Part shown: positions 10,044 through 18,569 of the stretch, in pieces | How positions within the stretch are numbered: the stretch's first letter is position 1 | Layout of the letters: every line of letters starts with the position of its first letter | NCBI GenBank assembly: GCA_903893785.1 | Contig: CAITNQ010000344.1 | Span: 3,451-67,450 of the forward strand | Direction: 5' to 3' | DNA: 64,000 nucleotides | DNA from: an uncultured Gemmatimonadota bacterium | GTDB lineage: Bacteria; Latescibacterota; UBA2968; UBA8231 | The notes under the pieces: model-generated | Told to the model about the DNA's origin: nothing | Seen by the model: the letters and a program-made list of their open reading frames with translations, nothing else | Database searches by the model: none | Translations under genes and position numbers: made by a program

Positions 10044-10651
10044 AGCCGCCGGTGGCAAGTCCCGCAGGGCAGACCGCCGGACCCGAACCAGGCCTGGTCG
10101 GCCGCGGTGCCGGCTGGGTGGCCGGACAGCTGGGTCTGTTGCTGGCGGTGGCCCTGGTGCCCTGGCTCGAACCCGGCGCCGGCCATGACGCCGGGGGTCC
10201 TGTCTGGCGCGCCCTCGGCGCGGTGTTGGCCGTGGGGGGCATCTTCCTTGGGGGGGTGGCAGGGCGCGGCCTGGGCGCCAATCTGACTCCCTTGCCGTAC
10301 CCCCGCGACGGCGCCGCCCTGGTCATCCGTGGGGCCTATTCATGGGTGCGGCACCCCATCTACGTGGCGGTGGTCCTTCTGGCGCTCGGTTGGAGCCTGC
10401 TCTGGGGCAGCCGGGTCGGCCTCGGACTGAGCCTTCTGCTGGTCCTTTGGTTGGATCAGAAGGCGCGGCGCGAAGAGCGCTGGCTGGCGGACCGCTGGCC
10501 GGAATACCGTGATTACCAGCAACGCGTAGGGCGCTGGATCCCGCGGTTTGGCCGTCGGTGCTCATCGCTGCCCCATGGACCTGCGCCGTCATCCCCGACT
10601 CCCCCAACGGAGCCCTGCCATGCCGTCGCTGACGCTGACCCTGAGCCCTGA
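10040..10651 (+). CDS. Isoprenylcysteine carboxyl methyltransferase / PEMT-family membrane methyltransferase
   Basis: ORF 10040..10651. Motifs: GAYSWVRHPIYVAVVLLALGWSL..EERWLADRWPEYRDYQQRV. ATGA start/stop overlap with the preceding gene. Confidence 0.75.
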   Translation: MKPPVASPAGQTAGPEPGLVGRGAGWVAGQLGLLLAVALVPWLEPGAGHDAGGPVWRALGAVLAVGGIFLGGVAGRGLGANLTPLPYPRDGAALVIRGAYSWVRHPIYVAVVLLALGWSLLWGSRVGLGLSLLLVLWLDQKARREERWLADRWPEYRDYQQRVGRWIPRFGRRCSSLPHGPAPSSPTPPTEPCHAVADADPEP

Positions 10652-11822
10652 TACGGGTACCTTCGGAGCCGATCATCTGGCCCTGCAAAGCGCGGTCGAC
10701 CACGTCGCTGCCCGTGGCGGTGGCACTGTGAGGTTGCGGCCTGGCACCTACACCCTGGGGAACTCGCTGTTCTTGCGCAATGGCGTGCAGGTGATCGGCA
10801 GTGGCGGACGCACGGTACTGCGCAAGTGCGATGCGGCATCGACGCCGTTGACGGCTCACGCCGATTGGTACGACGAATGCGTCGAGGTCGCTGATCCGAA
10901 CCTGTTCCGCCCTGGCGGCGCGATCTGGGTCGAGGGGCTTTCGCCCTTCCACCAGGGACGCAACCAGATCGCCAAACGGACCGTGGTGGCCATCGACGGC
11001 AGGCTGGTTCACCTCGACCAGGCGCTGCGCGACGACTACTGGCTGGAGCCGGGTGCGACAGCGAGCACCTGTTTCTCCGTAGTCACCGGCGAAGGGGTCC
11101 ACGACGCCGGCCTGGCCTGTCTGGCCATCGACGGCAACGCCGCCGCCAACCCCCAGCTGGACGGTAACTACGCCGCCGGCGTGTTCATCCAGGACTGCGA
11201 CCGGATGACCTTCAGGGAACTGCACCTGCATCACTGCAACAGCGACGGTATCAGCGCCCAGATCTGTGACGACCTGGTGATCGACCACTGCAAGGTGGAG
11301 GACTGCGCCGGGCTCGGCCTGCACCCGGGCAGCGGTTGCCAACGTCCCCGCATGGTGAGCAATGTCGTTCGTCGCTGTTCGCAGGGCATCTTCTTCTGTT
11401 GGGGGGTCCGGTTCGGCTTGGCAGAAGCCAACCTCATCGAGGACTGTCGGCGCTACGGCGTCTCCATCGGCCACCGCGACAGCGACAACTGCGTCCGTGC
11501 CAACACCATCCGACGCAGCGGGGAAGTCGGCCTGCTGTTTCGCCTCGACTACGGTGCCGGCCGTTCGCCCGACCGTTGCGTGGTCGAAGACAACGTCATT
11601 GAGGACAGCGGCGGCGACGCTGTCAGTGTCGGCATCGACATCACCGGCGTAGCCGCTGACCTGGTTATCCGCAACAACCGTGTGGTGGACAGCCGACCCG
11701 CAACGGCGACGCGCCGTCGGGTGGGCGTCCGAATCGGTAGCGGCGCTGTGCGACCGGCCGTAACCGGTAATGTCTGTGAGGGGGTCGAGGTCGCCCTGGA
11801 AGACCAGCGGCCGGCGACCTGA
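10620..11822 (+). CDS. Right-handed parallel beta-helix repeat protein (pectate-lyase-fold)
   Basis: Part of ORF 10548..11822, taken from the internal ATG 10620. N-terminus reads ALQSAVDHVAARGGGTVRLRPGTYTL. Repeated NxxI/V..C..GI strands follow (HHCNSDGISAQ, EDCAGLGLHPG, RRCSQGIFF, EDCRRYGVSIG). Confidence 0.7.
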   Translation: MPSLTLTLSPDTGTFGADHLALQSAVDHVAARGGGTVRLRPGTYTLGNSLFLRNGVQVIGSGGRTVLRKCDAASTPLTAHADWYDECVEVADPNLFRPGGAIWVEGLSPFHQGRNQIAKRTVVAIDGRLVHLDQALRDDYWLEPGATASTCFSVVTGEGVHDAGLACLAIDGNAAANPQLDGNYAAGVFIQDCDRMTFRELHLHHCNSDGISAQICDDLVIDHCKVEDCAGLGLHPGSGCQRPRMVSNVVRRCSQGIFFCWGVRFGLAEANLIEDCRRYGVSIGHRDSDNCVRANTIRRSGEVGLLFRLDYGAGRSPDRCVVEDNVIEDSGGDAVSVGIDITGVAADLVIRNNRVVDSRPATATRRRVGVRIGSGAVRPAVTGNVCEGVEVALEDQRPAT

Positions 11823-11889
11823 GGTCGCCCGACTGACCCGTGCCGGTGCACGGCCGATACGCCGTCGCCAGGCATCGGGGCGCCCTCGG

Positions 11890-11932
11890 TCCGGTCGGCC
11901 TGGCCCGTCCGGTCGGTCTGGCCCGTCCGGCC
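11890..11932. repeat. 18-bp tandem repeat x2.4 (TCCGGTCGGYCTGGCCCG)
   Basis: Direct reading of 11890-11907, 11908-11925 and a partial third unit. Confidence 0.8.
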
Positions 11933-11946
11933 ATCAACCGGGTGTT

Positions 11947-12050
11947 GCATCCGGTCGTCACGGGATCGCCCGCAGCGACGGGTTACACAACCGGGGCGGC
12001 ATCCGGTCGTCACGGGATTGCCCGCAGCGACGGGTTACACAACCGGGGCG
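11947..12050. repeat. 52-bp tandem duplication x2 (51/52 identical), each unit containing the palindrome GGTTACACAACC
   Basis: Units 11947-11998 and 11999-12050 differ only by C/T at unit position 21. The palindromes lie at 11981-11992 and 12033-12044. The repeat ends 39 nt before the SDR start codon. Confidence 0.9.
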
Positions 12051-12089
12051 TTCGGCCATTCGGCCCGACGCGCCCATGGGGAGGCCCAG

Positions 12090-12875
12090 ATGGACGACGC
12101 GCTGTTCTCGGTCCGCGACCAGGTGGTGCTGGTATCAGGCGGCAGCCGCGGCATCGGCCGGGCCTTGGCCGCCGGGTTCGCCGCCCGGGGGGCCCAGGTG
12201 GTCATCGCCGGCCGCGAATCTGGCAGTCTTGACCGCACGGCCGGCGAGGTCTCCACCGGACCGCATCCGGTCGGGTGGGTGGTCTGCGACGTGGCCCGCG
12301 AAGCGGACGTGGCTCGACTCGTCGAGACCGTGGAGGCCGATCACGGTCGCATCGACTGCCTGTTGAATGTGGCCGGCGTCAACAAGAGGGCCCGGGTCGA
12401 GACCTACACCATGGCCGAGTTCGACTGGATCATGGGCATCAACCTGCGCGGCGCCTTTGCCGTGGCCCAGGCCGTGGGCCGGGGCATGATCGCACGTCGA
12501 CAGGGGACCATCGTCAACATCGACTCGCTGAACACCCACGCGCCCCTGCGGGGCGTGGGCCCCTATGCCATGAGCAAAGCGGGCCTGGGCATGATGACCC
12601 GGGCCATGGCCAGCGAGTGGGGGCGCCATGGGGTGCGCGTTAACGGCATCGCTCCCGGTTTCTTCCCCACCGCCCTGTCGCGGCCGCTGTGGGCCCAGCC
12701 CCAGATGACCGCCTGGGCCCAGGAGATCACCCCCCTGGGACGCTTAGGTGAGGTGACCGACCTGGTGGGCGCGGCGGTGTTCCTGGCGTCGTCGGCCTCG
12801 GCCTTCGTGACCGGGCAGACGCTCCGCGTCGATGGCGGTGCCAGCGCCGGACTGCAGTGGCCAATCGAGCTGTGA
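12090..12875 (+). CDS. Short-chain dehydrogenase/reductase (SDR)
   Basis: Part of ORF 12018..12875, from ATG 12090 with GGGGAGG 6 nt upstream. Motifs: VLVSGGSRGIGRALA; NVAG; YAMSKAG. Confidence 0.9.
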   Translation: MDDALFSVRDQVVLVSGGSRGIGRALAAGFAARGAQVVIAGRESGSLDRTAGEVSTGPHPVGWVVCDVAREADVARLVETVEADHGRIDCLLNVAGVNKRARVETYTMAEFDWIMGINLRGAFAVAQAVGRGMIARRQGTIVNIDSLNTHAPLRGVGPYAMSKAGLGMMTRAMASEWGRHGVRVNGIAPGFFPTALSRPLWAQPQMTAWAQEITPLGRLGEVTDLVGAAVFLASSASAFVTGQTLRVDGGASAGLQWPIEL

Positions 12876-12905
12876 GCGATCGGGTCGGTTCGCGATCGCC
12901 GATCC

Positions 12906-13886
12906 TCAGTCCAGCGCGAAAAGCCGGGCGGCGTTGTTCCAGAACAGGTCCTCCACCTGCGCGTCCGCCAGCCGCTCTGACCAGCAGGCCCATTTGAGGG
13001 CCCGCAACGCCTCCATGCCCACCAGCGGCGGATCGACGCGCTGGTGCTTCTCGCCCCAGACGGGCGTTTGGCCGTACACCCAGATGAACGAATCGCCGAC
13101 GCCGATGGAGCGGCCGCGCGCGTGGCTGATGGGGAAGTCGGTGCCGAACATCACCTTCTGGGGGCCCATCAGCCGCAAAACCACCGCATGAGCCATGGGC
13201 TCGCAGTTGGCGCTGGTATCGAAGTAGAGGTTGTCCAGGCCGGTCAGTTGCGGCAGCCCTTCCAGGTTGTGCAGCGGCTGAAACCCCCGCGCGGAGTGCG
13301 CCAGGATCAGTTTCATGTGGGGGTACTTCTGGCAATACGTCCGAATCCAGTGGATGTTGGCCGGGTCAGCTACGGCCCGCGACTTGACCATGTGCAGGGT
13401 GATCACCCATCCTTCCTCGTTGGCCACCTGCACCAGGGGTTCAGGAAGGTAGTCGGGCAGGTCCGCCTGCCAGGTGGGGTTCACCGAAGCCAGCAGGTGA
13501 TAGCATTTCAACCCGTGCAGGCCGAGGCGGCGGACCTCCTGCCGTACCCACTCCGGGTCGTCGGTCGGTTTGACGTAGAACAGCCCGCGGCACTGCGCTG
13601 CCGCTGCCAGTTGCGCCTGGGTCCAGGCATTGGCGGCGGCCGTCGCTTCCCGGTCAGCCGTGTACGAGATGAACAGCGCCTCTACCTGACGGCCCGGGAG
13701 AAGACACTGGACCAGTTGGCGGTACTCGGCGTAACCGGTCGCGAACGGCACTTCCGTCATGATCGGCGTGGCCGACAGGTGCGCGTGGGCGTCAAACACC
13801 CGCGGCGGCACAAAGGCATCCAATTCGCGGTCGAAGTACTGACGGTCCGCCTCGGTGCTGTACGCAGCGCAGTCGATCGCAGCCAT
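12906..13886 (-). CDS. Amidohydrolase_2-family metal-dependent hydrolase (lactonase/decarboxylase-type TIM barrel)
   Basis: ORF 12906..13952, from the internal ATG 13886. Motifs: FDAHAHL, LILAHSARG, FGTDFP. Confidence 0.8.
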   Translation of the reverse strand: MAAIDCAAYSTEADRQYFDRELDAFVPPRVFDAHAHLSATPIMTEVPFATGYAEYRQLVQCLLPGRQVEALFISYTADREATAAANAWTQAQLAAAAQCRGLFYVKPTDDPEWVRQEVRRLGLHGLKCYHLLASVNPTWQADLPDYLPEPLVQVANEEGWVITLHMVKSRAVADPANIHWIRTYCQKYPHMKLILAHSARGFQPLHNLEGLPQLTGLDNLYFDTSANCEPMAHAVVLRLMGPQKVMFGTDFPISHARGRSIGVGDSFIWVYGQTPVWGEKHQRVDPPLVGMEALRALKWACWSERLADAQVEDLFWNNAARLFALD

Positions 13887-13923
13887 GACTACCTCTTCCG
13901 CGGCCGGACCGGCCGCCGCCGGG

Positions 13924-15564
13924 ATGACACTGCCAGTGGAACCCGAACACACGCTCTACCCTTTGAAGAACGATGTCCAGTTGCTGCTCGACAACGAGTT
14001 CCTGGACGACTGCTGGCAGCTGCGGCGCGCCCCCGAGTTGCCGGTGAAGTCATATCGGAACCCGGTTCTGTATGACCCGCCGCCTTTCGAGCCGGGCGGG
14101 CCCACCGTGGTGTACGATCGCCGGGAGGGGCTGTTCAAGTGCTGGTACGGCGTCGCCGACACCGACCTGTATTATGCCGGCAAGACCGGCTGTTACAAGG
14201 TCGCCTACGCCTTTTCCGAGGACGGCATCCACTGGGTGCGACCGCCGCTCGGGCTCCTCGAGGTGCGCGGCAGCCGGCGCAACAACGCCGTCTTCATGCA
14301 CCCGGGTGCCGTGTACGTGGACGAGCACGAAACCGACCCGTCGGAGCGGTACAAGATGCTCTATGTGGGTGACTGCGGCGGCGTGTGTTCGGGACTGTGC
14401 GCGGCGTTCTCGGCCGACGGCATTGTCTGGCACAAGCATGGCGGGTGCGACATCCCGCTGGTCACCGGGCCCAATGACACCAACAACGCCGCCTTCTTCG
14501 ACCCCGAACTGGGCACCTATGTGCGCTACGGGCGAGTCAATGTGCTGGCCGCAGCCACGCGCGAGGACGCGCTCGGCATTGAGCTGAAAACCTCCCACGA
14601 TCTCATCTGCTACACGGACGCCCTGGGACTGACCCAATCGCCCGCGAACGACTTTCCCAACGACGATGACTTCGTCGAACACCAGGAAGCACAGGACTAC
14701 CTTCATCGCCACCTGCACCAGGTTCCGTATCACCACACCCGAACCCTCAGGCGCGGCGGCAGCGCTGGCTGCAATCGCCGGATCGTGCGCTCGACGAGCG
14801 CCGATTTCCGCCACTGGTCAGTGCCCGAGTTGGTGCTGGCCCCCGACGAACTGGATCCGGCCAAATTCTACGGCATCACGGTCTGCCGGTACGAAGGTTT
14901 CTACCTGGGTTTGCTGCAGGTGTACAACTCCTACGGCAGCCTGCGCCGCATGGGTGATCCTGGCGCCGCCGATGGCGACACCATTGACCTGCAACTGGCC
15001 TTCTCGCGCGACGGTCGCCATTGGGAGCGCCTGGCCAACCGGCCCACCTTCATTCCACGCGGGTACGTGGGCAGTTGCGACGGGGGCATGGTTTTCGGCA
15101 GCAACAATGTGCTGGTGGAGCACGGCGACCACCTGTGGTTCTACTACATCGGCACGGTGGCTTCCCACACCGTCAACCTCGACACCACGATGTCGCTGTG
15201 CGTGGCCCGCACCCAACGTGGACGCCTGGTGGCCCGGTGCGCCGGCGACGAAATGGGCGCCCTCATCACGCGGCCGTTTGTCCTGCGCCACGGCCGCATC
15301 ACGCTGAATGCCGATGCCCGGCGGGGCCTGATCCGTGCCGAGGTAACCGACCTGGACGGAGCGCCACTGCCTGGTTTCGCGGTCACGGCTTCCGGGATGC
15401 TGCGGGACAACGGCCTGGAGTGCGAACTGCGCTGGCAGGACAACGCCAGCCTGGTCGCTCTCCGGGGTCGCACCGTGCGCCTTCGTCTTTACCTGTGGCA
15501 GGCGCGCGTGTACTCGATCAACTTCCGTGACGCCGACGACGCGGGCGCCGCGTCCCGGCCCTGA
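13924..15564 (+). CDS. Beta-propeller glycoside-hydrolase-like protein (GH32/43/130-like fold), function unassigned
   Basis: ORF 13855..15564. Recurrent blade-like motifs (FKCWYG, VAYAFSEDGIHW, AAFSADGIVW, LAFSRDGRHW, LWFYYIG). The start is ambiguous (13885 or 13924); 13924 is chosen to avoid overlapping the divergent start. Confidence 0.55.
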   Translation: MTLPVEPEHTLYPLKNDVQLLLDNEFLDDCWQLRRAPELPVKSYRNPVLYDPPPFEPGGPTVVYDRREGLFKCWYGVADTDLYYAGKTGCYKVAYAFSEDGIHWVRPPLGLLEVRGSRRNNAVFMHPGAVYVDEHETDPSERYKMLYVGDCGGVCSGLCAAFSADGIVWHKHGGCDIPLVTGPNDTNNAAFFDPELGTYVRYGRVNVLAAATREDALGIELKTSHDLICYTDALGLTQSPANDFPNDDDFVEHQEAQDYLHRHLHQVPYHHTRTLRRGGSAGCNRRIVRSTSADFRHWSVPELVLAPDELDPAKFYGITVCRYEGFYLGLLQVYNSYGSLRRMGDPGAADGDTIDLQLAFSRDGRHWERLANRPTFIPRGYVGSCDGGMVFGSNNVLVEHGDHLWFYYIGTVASHTVNLDTTMSLCVARTQRGRLVARCAGDEMGALITRPFVLRHGRITLNADARRGLIRAEVTDLDGAPLPGFAVTASGMLRDNGLECELRWQDNASLVALRGRTVRLRLYLWQARVYSINFRDADDAGAASRP

Positions 15565-15578
15565 CGTCAGGGGGCCAC

Positions 15579-16757
15579 GTGGCCATGACTCACCGCGAAC
15601 GTTTCCGGGCCTGGTTGGATCGCCGCGCCGCGGACCGCGTGCCGTTCCTGGATTGGTGGGGGATTCCCCACTACCGCGAAGAGGAATGGCGGCGCCAGGG
15701 ACTGGCCGCCGGGGCCGACATCTACCAGTGGATCGGCTTCGACGGCGCCGACGGCGCCGGCACCACCGAACTCGAGCGCCCTGAGGTAGGCGACGGCTAT
15801 CTCTACGTGCCGTTCCGGGGCCACGAAACAGTGTTCCTGGACACCTATGCGCGGCCCGCCTTCGCGCGCGAGGTGGTCGAAGCCGGCGCTGGCTACCGGC
15901 TCGAGGTTGAGCCCAGTTTCGGCGGCGTGACCCGCATTGTCGAACCCAGTGCAGACAATCCCCTCGGAGCCGTCCACGGCGAGCGTTACCCGGTAAGCGC
16001 GCTCACCGACTGGGCGCTGTACCGCGACCGTTTCCAGGGGGCTGACCTGGGTCGGTATCTGTACCGCTGTGGCGAGCCCCAGATCGAGCGATGCGCGCGG
16101 ACCCGCTTCCCCGTGGAACTGAAGGTCCCGGGGCCTTTGGGCCGCCTGTGGGCCACCATCGGCCTGTACAACAGCGGCGGCGTACTCGAGTCCCTGTACG
16201 ACCGGCCGGCCTTCCTGGCCGAGATGATCGACTTCTGGGTCGCTTTCGCCTGCGAGCTGGCCCGTCCGGCCCTGACGCGCCTGAAGGTGGATTTTGCCAC
16301 CATTGAGGACGGCCTGGCCTACGATGGCGGGGCCTTTCTGTCACCCGATCTACTACGGCGTTTCATCGCCCCGGCGTACCGCCGCCTGACGGACTTCTTC
16401 CACGCGGGCGGCGTGCCGGTGGTCTTCCTCAACTCCGGTGGCAGCCTCAACGCGTTTCTGCCCGATCTGCTGGATGCCGGCATTGGTGGCATCACCCATG
16501 TGGCCGTGCAGGCCGGCATGGATCTGGTGCACCTCAAGCGCGAATACGGGGCTGATCTGCACCTGATCGGCGGCATCGACCGCCGCGCGCTCACCGAGAG
16601 CGACGCGGCGATCGAACGGGAAGTCGACCGGGCCACGGCCGCGCTGGAGATGAGCGGCGTCATCCCGTGCCTGGACGCCAGCGTGCTCTATGGCACGCCG
16701 CTGGCGCGCTACCGACACTACGCCGACTGCCTGGCGCGTCGTCTGGGCGTGGGCTGA
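15579..16757 (+). CDS. Uroporphyrinogen-decarboxylase (URO-D) family protein
   Basis: ORF 15579..16757 (GTG 15579 or ATG 15585). N-terminus MTHRERFRAWLDRRAADRVPF, and a C-terminal IGGID..AL pattern typical of URO-D/MtaA-like proteins in sugar clusters. Confidence 0.65.
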   Translation: MAMTHRERFRAWLDRRAADRVPFLDWWGIPHYREEEWRRQGLAAGADIYQWIGFDGADGAGTTELERPEVGDGYLYVPFRGHETVFLDTYARPAFAREVVEAGAGYRLEVEPSFGGVTRIVEPSADNPLGAVHGERYPVSALTDWALYRDRFQGADLGRYLYRCGEPQIERCARTRFPVELKVPGPLGRLWATIGLYNSGGVLESLYDRPAFLAEMIDFWVAFACELARPALTRLKVDFATIEDGLAYDGGAFLSPDLLRRFIAPAYRRLTDFFHAGGVPVVFLNSGGSLNAFLPDLLDAGIGGITHVAVQAGMDLVHLKREYGADLHLIGGIDRRALTESDAAIEREVDRATAALEMSGVIPCLDASVLYGTPLARYRHYADCLARRLGVG

Positions 16758-16980
16758 GGGCGCGTCGGGTCGCCGCGGGTCAGCCGCCGCCCCGGCGCGC
16801 CCGCCGGGTCTTGCGTGCCCGCGGCGCCGATTGGCGCGCGGTGGCCGCCACGCCTGCGTTCGCCGCCCCGTGCGCGGTCACCGTCCTGCCGCTCACCGCC
16901 GGTTCGCGAGACACCGGTCGTCGACCACGGACTGGCCCCGCTGTTCTCCGGCAGCCATGACACCGCTGTCGTGGGCAGAC

Positions 16981-17075
16981 GCCAGGCTCATCCAACCACG
17001 CGGCGGCGTCGCCGCCACGCCTGGGCGCCCAGCGCCAGCATCGCGGCCCCCAACAGCAACTGGCCGGTGGGGCCG
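16981..17075 (-). repeat. Near-identical 95-nt block (copy 1) covering the 3' end of ubiquitin gene A plus 7 nt past its stop
   Basis: Aligned by eye with 17536-17630. The first 78 nt are identical and 93/95 overall, whereas the ubiquitin-core codons differ extensively. Confidence 0.85.
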
Positions 17076-17392
17076 ACCGCCGGGATGGCGCTGGTGACCA
17101 CCAGGTTCACGGTGCTTTCATGTCGGATGTTGTAGTCTCCCAGGGTGCGACCGTCCTCCAGTTGCTGGCCGGCGTAGATGAGCCGCTGCTCCTCCGGCGG
17201 GAAGCTCTCCTTGTCCTGTATCTTGGCCTTTACCTGGTCGATGGTGTCGTTGGGCTCCACCTCCAAGGTGATGGTCCTGCTGTTGAGGATCTTGACGAAG
17301 ATCTGCATGGCGGGTGCCGGGGCACTCCACACCATCAGGAGTGTCGTCAGGAGCAGGACCCGCGGACCCATGCCATTCGGCGTTACGCTCAT
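16988..17392 (-). CDS. Exported ubiquitin homologue A: signal peptide + ubiquitin core (17093-17308) + C-terminal sorting-type tail
   Basis: ORF 16988..17392. Protein: [28 protein letters not shown] | [72 protein letters not shown] | [34 protein letters not shown]. 52/72 core residues are identical to eukaryotic ubiquitin (hand count). Confidence 0.9.
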   Translation of the reverse strand: MSVTPNGMGPRVLLLTTLLMVWSAPAPAMQIFVKILNSRTITLEVEPNDTIDQVKAKIQDKESFPPEEQRLIYAGQQLEDGRTLGDYNIRHESTVNLVVTSAIPAVGPTGQLLLGAAMLALGAQAWRRRRRVVG

Positions 17393-17535
17393 CGGTTACC
17401 TGCAGTTGGTTTGGGGACAGGAGGATCGGCGCGCCCCGCGCCGGCTGGCGGCCGGCACGCGGCACGCTGTGGGGCGTTGGTTCGGTATGTTGCCCCAACC
17501 GCTCCGCCACCGGAACACCGGGGCCGTCGGCGGCT

Positions 17536-18004
<469 letters not shown>

Positions 18005-18485
18005 CTACGGCGCGCGCCAGGACAGGCCAAGACGCCCTGACCAAGGACCCTGAGGGCCCCGGCCACCGGGGCCTACGCATGTCGCCTGCCGGCGACACAC
18101 GTTGTCGCTCGCGGCCGACAGCCGGCCATCTGCGCGGGCCTGCATACGGGCGCGTTGCTGCCGGCCGCCCGCAGCCGGCGTCGGCGCCCGGATATTTCGC
18201 TCGTTGCGTTGCTGCATAGCGAAGGGCGTCGGTGCCCCTCTGTGGTGGTCGTGGGGCCGGGTCCTGCGATGCCACCGCGACTGTACATCCGTGGGCTGGC
18301 GCCGCTGGGGCCTGCGCGGCCGATCCTGCGCCACACCTCGTGTTTGTCGGTCCGAAGCCGCTCCTGCCGCGGCAGCCCACCGGGCATCTGCGCCTCGTCG
18401 CTCAGGGCTGCGCAGGGCTGCGCAGGGCTGCGCCATGGGCGGGCACTGGCACAGGCCTGTGATCGCTGAATGCACTAGACATATC

Positions 18486-18507
18486 GCGATGCAGTGAAAT
18501 GCATCGC
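18486..18507. promoter_or_regulatory. Perfect inverted repeat GCGATGCA-N6-TGCATCGC in the least GC-rich patch of the divergent ubiquitin / DUF11 intergenic region (candidate operator)
   Basis: Read directly: gcgatgca gtgaaa tgcatcgc, about 63 nt upstream of ATG 18570. The surrounding sequence (gaatgcactagacatatc) is unusually AT-rich for this window. Confidence 0.35.
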
Positions 18508-18569
18508 TGCACCGGGCGCATCGCGGCACGGCCCCGGCCGATGGCACGGGATGTGCTATACGCGCGGCC

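Noticed and set aside
13884-13887. Back-to-back overlapping start codons (CATG) of the divergent amidohydrolase and propeller genes as a regulatory peculiarity
   Set aside because: Start-codon choice for both genes is uncertain (alternative ATGs at 13924 for the plus gene and 13952 for the minus gene), so the overlap may not be real.
18401-18433. 10-bp x3 microrepeat CGCAGGGCTG as a functional element
   Set aside because: It is too short and of too low complexity to interpret in GC-rich DNA. I mention it only as context for the nearby palindrome.
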